Assembly (NCBI RefSeq): GCF_009914755.1
Contig: NC_060929.1
Source: the human T2T-CHM13v2.0 reference genome, Homo sapiens
Strand: one strand, 5' to 3'
Length of the DNA: 64,000 nucleotides
The translations under genes were made by a program, and so were the position numbers. Every line of letters starts with the position of its first letter. The stretch's first letter is position 1. The notes below the pieces were generated by a model. It saw only the letters and a program-made list of their open reading frames with translations, ran no database searches and was not told the DNA's origin. Below, piece after piece: positions 54,842 through 64,000 of this stretch.

Positions 54842-56242
54842 GCTGACAACATCAAATGCTGGTGCAAATGTGGAGCAACAAGAAATCTCATTCATTGCTG
54901 GTGGGAATGTGAAATAGTACAACCACTTTGGAGGAGACTTCCAGAATTTAGTTTAAAATTCAATGTATTCTTACTATATAATCCAGCAGTTGCATTCCTC
55001 GGTATTTACCCAAATGAACTGAAAAATTATGTTCACACTAAAACCTAAACACAGATGTTATTAGCCACTTTAGTTATAACTGCCAAAATTTGGAAGAAAC
55101 CAAGATGTTTTTAGTAGGTGAATGGATAAATCAACTATAATACATCTCAACAGTGGAATGTTATTTAGCTCTAAAAGAAAATGAGCTGTCATCCAATGAA
55201 AAGACATGGAAGAAACTTAAATATTTATCACTAAGTGGAGGATGTTAATCTGAAAAGACTACATGCCCTATGATTCCAACAATTTAACATTCTGGAAAAA
55301 GCAAAACTATGGAGACAATAAAAAATTAGTGGTTTCTAGGTGTTAGGGGAGAGAGAGGAATTTACAGCTGAGGCACAGAGAATTTTTAAGATAGTGAAAT
55401 GATTCTGTATGATACTATAATGTTGGATACATGTCATTATATATTTATCCAGACCTATAAAATGTACATGACCAAGACTGAACCCTGATGTAAACTATGG
55501 ATTTTTGGTAATGATAGGTAAATGTAGGTTCAATAATAATAACATATATACTACTTTGATGGGGGATATTGATAATTGTTGAGGCTATGCATGTGTCAGG
55601 GCTACAAGGCATATGAGAACTCTCCCTTCCATCCAACTTTGTTGTGAACTTAAAGTCTGCTAAAAAAGCAAGCAGATAAATTGCCATTCAACATGACAGC
55701 CTCTAACAACATCTGACTTTTAGATTTAAACTAAAAAGTAAACTATAAAGTTCTTTTAGACAATCTTGTCATGGAAAGTGTTAAACTGAAAACACTCTTT
55801 TATTAAGCTATGTATGCACTCTTAAATCACTAGGTTTTTCTTTTATAGTTATTTTCCAATAAAGAAGCAACACGTATATTAAGAGAAACTACATTGATGG
55901 TTGGAAATTCAGAATAAATTTTCACAAAGACAAAAAGAAGGATTTCAGATGTAGATTATATTCTCCATCTAATCCACAATATCTATTTAATAGTCATTGA
56001 ACTGTATTAACAAGTAAAAATAGGACTCTGTTTCTCCAGACCTTGAAGGTTTTTTGGCAGAAGTTTGTATATAGAAGGGGAAGATTGTGTGTCCTCCTTG
56101 CTACTTTTACAAATTTCTAAATTGAAAACTATTTATACAATGAAGTAGTAAATAATTCAGTAAATAATTATTTAGTTTGATTTGATTATTGAATGCATTA
56201 GCTAACCTTGAGTGTAGGAATTTCCCCCAAATGCAAATATTA

Positions 56243-56939
56243 GAGTAGACTGTATTTCCAAAGCTGAAAAACAATATCCACTATCTCTGCTTTAGCAATG
56301 TGACTTGCTTTCTCCTTGTCAAAAAATGCTACTTATTATCACTATCCTTGAATTTGGTCTGTCTAGGATGACCAAAGTTCCTGATTTGCCCAGGAATGTA
56401 CTTTTTTGGTAGTGAAAATCCTGTATCCAAGAAAACACCTTAGCCCCAGGCAAACAGGGATCATTAGTGAACCTGTCCATCTTCCCTCCCACCCACCCCC
56501 CTTCCCCAGCTGTGAGTAACAGCATGTGGTGAAAGTAAGCTTTATAATTTGTGAGGCTGGGCTTCAGGTTACTTTTGCCTTTACTGTTTAGAATACTCTT
56601 TCTTAGATCTAGTTTCTATGCTGTGAAGAAACCCAAGAAGCCACATTTGGAGGCCCAATATTAGTCTAGGCATTCTCTGGAATCTCAACAACAGAAGAAG
56701 GAGGAAAAGCAGGAAGGCCCCAGGCTAACAGCCTCAGCTGATCTCTAGTCCACAGCTAGACTAACTGACAGCCTTTTAATTGAGGGCTTTTGGAAATTCC
56801 AACCATTACCATGCCCCAGATGACACCACATTAAGTTAAAGAACACCCTGGTTCATCCACACAATCATGAGAGATAATTAATGGTTGTTATCTTAATCTT
56901 GTGAGATGGTTAATTATGCGGCAATAAATAATTGTAACA
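56243..56939 (+). mobile_element. MLT1 (G/H-like) solo LTR split by MER81
   Basis: GTAGACTGTATTTCCAAAG...CTATGCTGTGAAGAAACCCAAG...ATCATGAGAGATAAT...GCAATAAATAATTGTAACA. Confidence 0.65.
56364..56475 (-). mobile_element. MER81 (hAT-Blackjack) MITE
   Basis: TAGGATGACCA...CCTGATTTGCCCAGGA...CCCAGGCAAACAGGGA...GTGAACCTG, an imperfect palindrome of 112 bp. Confidence 0.7.
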
Positions 56940-56995
56940 ATGAGTCACAAAAGGTCAGCAAGTACTCAGAAGTAAATATCTAAATATTAAATACT

Positions 56996-57210
56996 GTGCA
57001 TGGTGGAAAAAATGTTGGACTTGCAATCACTTTGTAGATTTAAAGCTTCAGATCCTTATTTTCTAGCTGAGATCTTTTGAAAAAATTACTCTCATTTCTT
57101 CCTCAATAAACTGGAGATTACGATACTTTACAAAATTTTAGGAATTGCCAAGCAAGATGATGCATATGAAAAAACTTTAAACCACACACAGTACCACATG
57201 AATACAAGAC
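56996..57210 (+). mobile_element. MIR SINE
   Basis: GTGGAAAAAATGTTGGACTTG...TTCCTCAATAAACTGGAGAT...GATGATGCATATGAAAAAACTTT. Confidence 0.6.
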
Positions 57211-58804
57211 TAAGTTGCTACATCAGTCATAAAGGAACATCATGTTACCCTGTTTTTGAACTGTAAATATAAGAAAATGTCTGTTTAGAATATGAATCTT
57301 ATTAAAGAGGGGCAGTTTAGAGAAAGGTGAGTTGCAATTTATTTCCTAATAAAATCTTTTGACTTCCATTCCTATAGAGAAGCAAAACACCGCATTCAGT
57401 TTTTAGCTTATCCAAGTACACTAAGCTACTTTGTACAATATGAAGAAATATCCTTTCATGTTCACTAAGACCTCATAAAATTATATTAGACCTCATGTGA
57501 CTCTTCCACATTACACCTTACTATGGATTTTTCATTTTTCTATTTTAAAGTTTTAAAGTTTACTTTGCTTTCACCATTAAATTTTTATTAGTTTCCTATT
57601 TTTGTTCATTTTCTCTGTGATATGGGTAACATAAAGAGGATAATTCAGATTAAGTATCACACGGCTTCTAGAGTTTATGATGATACAGAAAGAAAGCGAT
57701 TCCCTTGGCTGAAGGGCCTTTGAGTGAAAGAGGGAGTGTTGTGTTTTAAAAAGATATGAATATGAGATATGAGATCCATTTTTTGTTTTTTTTTGTCTAT
57801 TTTTTTTGCCAGGGAATTTTTTTTATTTTTCTATTTGATTGGTAAGCAGAAATATCTAATCATAAAATTTTTAATTAAAAATTTAATCAGCTTTTGGAAA
57901 GAAGCAACCTTCTAACTGCCGCAACTTCCTATAAAAATAAAGATAAAAACAAATCAAAAGAAAGCCATAGTAGTGTGTCAGAGTGCATTTCAGAGCATGG
58001 AAAAAATAAGGCTGAGATTTTGCAAGACAAAAATATTTTTATGTTTTTTCATGGTTGGTATAATCCTGGGATGTTTTTTAACTTGTTATAAAGGACCTAT
58101 TAAATTTTACTGCTGAAGTTGGAGAGAGGAAAATTACACACATGGGGTCTTTAACAGGTTTTTTGTCTAACAGCTTTGACACTATCCCACTGATTTTTGT
58201 CCCTGCCCTGATGGGTAGCCTTGAGTAGTGTCTGTTGTCTGGAGTCTAATGTCACAGCAATTAAATTCCCACAGGAAGCAGCAGCTTTAGAAGATGTGAT
58301 TAGATTGGAGACACTGATGCTTGTTTTGATTTTGAAAATGCATCATCGATCATGGCTACTGATTTCAGCAGCAGCTCTAGCTGAGGGGAGCTGTGGGCTA
58401 AGCATCTGGCTTTATATTTAACTTTGGGGAAAATGAAGTCTTCCCTTGCCTATCAAGTCTACTCTGATATGTGGCCAATGCCTTTAGCAGATAATCCCAA
58501 AGATGTCAAATAACCTTTATTTCCCAGAGGTCATGTTGATCTTTTTCTTCTCATTCTGACCTCAGAACAGACCTATTCATTTTACATCTGACATCAGACT
58601 GTGAGAAGAGTAAGTTTTAGCTGTTTCCAGGGCTTACGGGAATGCTTGTTGTTGTCGTTGCTGTTAATATGCACCTCCCACCCCTTTGAATGTGTTTCTT
58701 GTGTGTGTGCATTTGAGTGTGCTCTGTGTATGTATTATTATCCATAGCTCAAGACATGTCAAACTAAATCCACCGATTTTTAGAAACAAAGAAAACTATG
58801 ATTA

Positions 58805-58932
58805 ACACTAGGTAGTTTCTTAGTGTGACAAGATATTCTAAATACCATGGTTTGATCATTACATTGTAGGCATGTATCAAAGTATCATTTGTACCCCATA
58901 AATATGTACAATTATTATCTATCAATGAAAAG
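58805..58932 (+). mobile_element. L1MA 3' terminus fragment
   Basis: TTTGATCATTACATTGTAGGCATGTATCAAAGTATCA...TACCCCATAAATATGTACAATTATTAT. Confidence 0.75.
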
Positions 58933-59627
58933 GAATTCCAGGAATGCATTTTCTTGGCTTTGTTGTAAACATTTCCTGATTTTCATATTATCTGTTTTCA
59001 AGATTCCAGAGAATGCCTAAACTGATACTGGTATAAAAGCAAAAAGAAAAAACAAGAGAGTGTGCTGGGAAAGAGAAAAACTGTTGGGTAATCAGTCTCA
59101 CATATGTTCCCCTGCAAAAAAAAATCAGCAAGCTTGTAGTTAACAGGCAAGACTTTCTCCAGCTACCATTTTGAAGCAGATTCCTCTCTCCCACCGCTTC
59201 CACCTCCAAAATTGAATAAAGTATTGTTCAATGGACCCATGTATTTTGAATATGAATTTAAATGAGTCTAATTATGACATTGAATGCAACAAACCGCTTT
59301 ATATACAGCTGTCTTTACAAATAGAACATCATATATTGAAATTAAATGGGAATATTAACATATACTTTGTATGTATATGCACATAAAGTAAACTGTGGAA
59401 CTAAGTGATTATCTGACCAATTATAGAATTGAAGTTAACTTCTACTATTGAAAATACCCTAGCTTTCCCCTAAAAGAGCATCAAAATTACCCCAACTGAC
59501 AAATTATCCTGCTTTATTGATGTTTGCCTCACCATTATTTCAATATTATTTTAAAAATGGAAATTCAGAAAGTTACTATTTCATTTTTAGTTTGTTTATG
59601 AAAACAGACATGCAATAAATAGCATTA

Positions 59628-60157
59628 GGAATCCTTATATATTTTGGATATTAACTTCTTATCAGATATATAATTTGAAAATATTTTATCCCATTCTGCA
59701 GGTTGTCTCTTTACTCTGTTGGTTGTTTCTTTTGGTGTGCAAAAAGCTTATTTTATTTTTTTTTTGAGGAAGAATCTTGCTCTGTCACTCAGGCTGAAGT
59801 ACAGTAGCTCAATTTTGGCTCACTGCAAACTCCGCCTCCTGGGTTCAAGCAATTTTCCTGCTTCAGCCTCCCAAGTAACTGGGACTACATGTGTGTACCA
59901 TCACACCCAGCTAATTATTGTATTTTTAGTAGAGACAGCATTTCGCCATGTTGGCCAGGCTGGTCTCAAACTTCTGGCCTCAAGTGATCCTCCCACCTTG
60001 ACCTCTCAAAGTGCTAGGATTACAGATGTGAGCCACCGTGCCCGGCCAAAAAGCTCTTTGTTTAATGCAGTTCCCTTTATCTATTTTTGCTTTTTTTTCC
60101 CCCATGTTTTTATGGTCATGTCTGAAAAATCATTGCCCAGACCAATGTTAAGAAGAT
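59628..60157 (-). mobile_element. L1 ORF2 3' segment in inverted orientation (interrupted by an Alu)
   Basis: TATATTTTGGATATTAAC..TTATCAGATATA..AAATATTTT.TCCCATTCTG.AGGTTGTCTCTT...AAATCATTGCCCAGACCAATG. Confidence 0.8.
59749..60047 (-). mobile_element. Old Alu (AluJb/Sz-like)
   Basis: CTGGCCTCAAGTGATCCTCCCACC diagnostic; TSD AAAAAGCT at 59741-48 and 60048-55. Confidence 0.95.
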
Positions 60158-60159
60158 AG

Positions 60160-60690
60160 ATACACACACACACAAACACACACACAGACACACACAATGA
60201 AATACTATTCAGCCTTTAAAAAGAAGAAAATCTTGTCATGTGCCTTAACATCAATGAACCCCGAGGACATTACACAAAGTGAAATAAACCAGCCACGGGA
60301 AGAGAAATACCACGTAATCTCACTTACATGTGGGATCTAAAGTAATCTAACTCATAGGTGCAAATAGCTGAATGGTAGTTGCCAGGGTTTGGGGGAACAA
60401 GAAAATGGGGTGGAAAGTGTTCAAAGTTATATTTAGACAGCATGAATAAGTTACAGAGATCTATTATACATCATGGTGATTATAGTTAGTAGTAATATTT
60501 TTGAAAACTGCTAAGTAGATTCTGCATGTTCTCACTACCAGAAAATAGCTATCTGAAGGGGTCTATGTGATAATTTACTTGATCTAATCATTTCACAGCA
60601 TGAAACGGTATCAAAACACATTATATATCATAAACATATACAATTTTTATTTATCAAATATACCTTACTAAAGCTGAGGAAAAACAATTA
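60160..60690 (+). mobile_element. L1MA8-like 3' end
   Basis: CACAATGAAATACTATTCAGCCTTTAAAAAGAAGAAAATC...GAGATCTATTATACA...TACCTTACTAAAGCTG. Confidence 0.85.
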
Positions 60691-61034
60691 AAAGGGAACA
60701 CTGAATAAATTTGATGTATTCTACACATACACTTAAGAATACTGGAGAAAAGTAGCAGTTTAAAATTTCAGCTCTTCCTAAAATATTTTAAATGTACTGA
60801 TCTCTCTATCTAGATATATATTTATGTGTACATATAAATAATATACATACAAATAAAAATATATTTGTACTGTTATATAATATTGAATATATAATACTAA
60901 AAATGCACTGATTTATATATATATATATATAATTCTTCCTTATGTAAAAACTGCCTCTCAAAAAAAGAGAATAATATATCTACAAATGATAATACATACA
61001 ATGTTTCAGCATGTGCATTCTTCATCTACACAGA

Positions 61035-61245
61035 TATGAGTTCAGTAGCTGGCTCCACCATTGAATTTTGTAATTTTAGGAAATGTACCTAATCTTGTTA
61101 ATCCTCAATTGCCTTAACTGTAAATGAGGATTACAATAACACTTAACTCTCAGGGTTGTTGTGAGGATGTAATTAGGTAGCAGACATGAATCGCTTTACT
61201 TGATTGAATGATACATAGTAGGAAGTCAGTAAATATTAGCAACTG
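61035..61245 (+). mobile_element. MIR SINE
   Basis: CTGGCTCCACCA...CTGTAAATGAGGAT...CAGGGTTGTTGTGAGGAT...AGTAAATATTAGC. Confidence 0.75.
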
Positions 61246-61589
61246 CTAGGCTAGCTGTTGAAGTGTAATATTTAAGAAATCATAACTTTAAATGTTACCT
61301 TGCTGTAGGAACGAATCCTTGGTCAGTTGTTTATAAATATTTCTCTTGGGAGTCAACTGTGAATCAGCAATATGCTGATTAGTGCTTAGGACACTAATTA
61401 AATTAAGGAAAATTCTCAACAAAGAGTTTGGAATGGGACACAAGAGAAGAATGATACACACATACTTACACACAAGACAGCAATGGAGAGCTTCGCTAGG
61501 TATGTAGCAACATCAAAGAGGAGCACTTTAAGTGCCCCGGTTTCCTCACCCTTTCTAGAGGAAGCAATGACAAGCTATGTCACAAAGGA

Positions 61590-61910
61590 TATGGAGACAC
61601 GGAGACATTAATCAGGGTGTCTGACTTGGAGGAATGTTCAAAACCGAGGGGCTATTAGCATGAGCAAATGCAGAGAGGTAAGAAATAATTCAGTGGGTGG
61701 TCTGTAGCTAAAAGCATGAGATGAAGAGCACAACTGAAAAGGTCTGGAGATTCAGGCAAAGGTCAGTCACCGAGGACCTTGAATGTCCTGTTAAGATGCT
61801 CTGACTTTATTTTCTGGATGATGGGTAGCAGGCAAGCAGCAGAGAGATGTAGTCAAACTCTGCATTTTAAATAAATAGTTCTAGCAACAGTGGAATGGAT
61901 GAATTTACAA
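61590..61910 (-). mobile_element. L2 fragment
   Basis: AGCATGAGCAAATGCAGAGAGG...GGACCTTGAATGTCCTGTTAAG...TGCATTTTAAATAAATAGTTCTAGCAACAGTG. Confidence 0.6.
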
Positions 61911-63282
61911 GAGTCTCTGAGACCAATTTAAGTTGGTTCCTTAATCCTCAAAGTGGAATATGATTTGGGTTAAGAACTTGAGTCAACCAAATGGGTTAAA
62001 TTATTACACCGGGTCCATTTTTTTTTAAGGGAGCAGATAGGAATGTCCCTTTCTCTCACAGCACATACACTGTGACTACTTCTTTTACTTATCAGATGCT
62101 ATTTCTACTTCACCTCAAACCATATTAGTAATTAACTGGTTTGATAATGCCACTGCAAGAAAATGAAGCCTTTAGAAAAAAATCTCAGACTGTTGAAGTG
62201 GATTGATATTGCTGTACTCAAAGCTGAGTCAATTCTAGAAAATATTGCTCATGACCATATTACATATGCACACAAATATACACAGATGAATGGGCATGAA
62301 ATTTATTAAAAATGGAAGTCCTAACTATAGAAGAAAGAGGCTAAGGATTTTGTGCCATAAGAAATAAGAAAAGAATTAGGATAAAGTGAACTGATAATGG
62401 AAGAGATCTTTAAGGTTGCACTCATACTATAAATGAGACTCATTCATCAATATAACTCATTGATTCATATTTTGATATGTGACCAGGAAGTTTTGTTGGG
62501 TGTAATATCAAATTTTTATCAATGCTAAATATTTATTTTTTGCAACCACTTAGTATACATTAGTATCCATGATGTTCATCAGATATGACAATGAACAGAA
62601 TGATTTGAAATAAGAGACATGGCTTTAATGATCTCAGGGTTAATGATCTCAGAATTATGTGAGAATTTTACTCCTGGGCATAACAGATTAAGAAGTCAGG
62701 ACATAAAATATGTATATAATATCAGATATATAATCCTGAAATAGTGACAAAGTGAATTGTGTGATATTATTGAATATTTTATCCTATCATTTTAAAGATA
62801 TAATACTACAGGCATCAACAATATAATGGTATCATTGTATAAAGATGAGATCATGCCATACTCACTAATTTTTTTGAGTGCCATTTGATATACAATATTG
62901 AAAACTATAATACAGCATCAATATTGAAAACTATAATACACACACAAACATTCACACACACACACACATTCTTGGAGAACATCTGCTGTAAATGTTAAAA
63001 AAATACTGACTAAAGTGCGACACAACTAGTGAGTTGAGAGTACAAAAGATGATAGTTTCATAGAGTAATAGGAAAGAAATGGAAAAAAGTAATGTCTGCC
63101 TTCAGGTGTGAAGACAATTTAGTAATAAGAATTTTGAGTGTTTAAAGAAGCAGCTAGTGGTTTTGGGAAAACATAAATGATTAAGGCACCTGGTAAAAAT
63201 AGGTTGCATATCAGTGAAGGTATTACAGAGTCTCCTGGAACTGTTGAACCCAGAAATACACCTTACTCTCTTTCTCCCTGTA

Positions 63283-63567
63283 TATATCATCCCTTGACAT
63301 CAGTGGGGGTTGGTTCAAGGATTCCCTGTGGATTCCAAATCCAATGATGCTCAAGCCTCTTATTTAAAATGGTGCAGTATTTGCATATAGGTTCCACATA
63401 TCTCTAATGCAATGTAAATGTGTAAATGCTAGGAAAATAGCTGTTATACTGTATTGTTATTTAATTTTATAGTTTGTATTGTATTTTTATTTTTTATATT
63501 TTGAATATTTTTGATTTTTGATGGGTTGAATCTGTGGATGTGAAACTGTGGATACAGATGTATTTTA
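63283..63567 (+). mobile_element. MER2 (TcMar-Tigger) DNA transposon
   Basis: GTGGGGGTTGGTTCAAGGA..CCCTGTGGATTCCAAATCCAATGATGCTCAAG...GTATTTGCATATA...GGTTGAATCTGTGGATGTGAAAC. Confidence 0.85.
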
Positions 63568-63636
63568 TATATATACATATATATACACACACACACATAT
63601 ATATACATATACTCTATATGTACATGTATGTACATG

Positions 63637-64000
63637 TAGTCATTCACTGCATAATGCTTTGGCTAAGGACAAACAGCATGTACCAGGGTGGTCCCATAAA
63701 ATTATATTACCATCTAGATGATCCTGACCCTGTGTAGGCCTAAACTAATGTGTGTGTTTGTGTCTTAGTTTTTAACACAAAAATATAAACAATAAAATTT
63801 TAAAAATAGGGAAAAATTTATAGAATAAAAGTAAAAAGAAACAATTTCTGTACAGCTGTACAATGTGTTTGTATCTTAAGCTATTACAAGTCAAAAAGTT
63901 AAAAAATTTTAAAGTTAAAACGTAAAAAAGTTATAGTAAGCTAAAGTTAATTATTACTGAAGGAAGAAAAATGTTTTTAAAGAAATTTAGTGTTGTCTAT
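63637..64000 (+). mobile_element. Tigger3 (Golem)-family DNA transposon, runs off the window
   Basis: GGTGGTCCCATAAAATTATA...GACCCTGTGTAGGCCTA..CTAATGTGTGTGTTTGTGTCTTAGTTTTTAAC...GTACAGCTGTACAATGTGTTTG. Confidence 0.85.

Noticed and set aside
57865-57884. 20-bp perfect palindrome AAATTTTTAATTAAAAATTT
   Set aside because: Pure A/T low complexity; expected in such AT-rich DNA

Overview
AT-rich primate (most likely human) nuclear DNA, intergenic or deep-intronic. I find no protein-coding exon: every longer ORF in the supplied track lies in an Alu, LTR, L1 or microsatellite, or is an unrecognisable short frame. Much of the window is transposon-derived. It holds seven Alus (J/S/Y-type), solo LTRs (MLT1, MER21, MER52, MER66-like, MER67, THE1B and one unassigned ERV1-type), a ~15-kb L1 block (40.9-55.7 kb), L2 and MIR relics, and DNA transposons (MER20, MER81, MER102-like, MER2, Tigger3). 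The only gene-like feature is a full-length 7SL (SRP) RNA retropseudogene at 51342-51637 (-), which ends in an oligo-T run instead of a poly(A) tail. The best non-repeat leads are an NFI/RFX motif cluster (31.9-32.2 kb), a PBX-HOX/RBPJ cluster (8.5-8.8 kb), a CpG-retaining candidate non-coding exon on the minus strand (17.8-18.1 kb) and a motif-dense block at 58.1-58.6 kb. I see no convincing evidence of a new multi-gene system. Repeat family names come from recalled consensus sequences and need RepeatMasker/Dfam confirmation; boundaries of old repeats are approximate.
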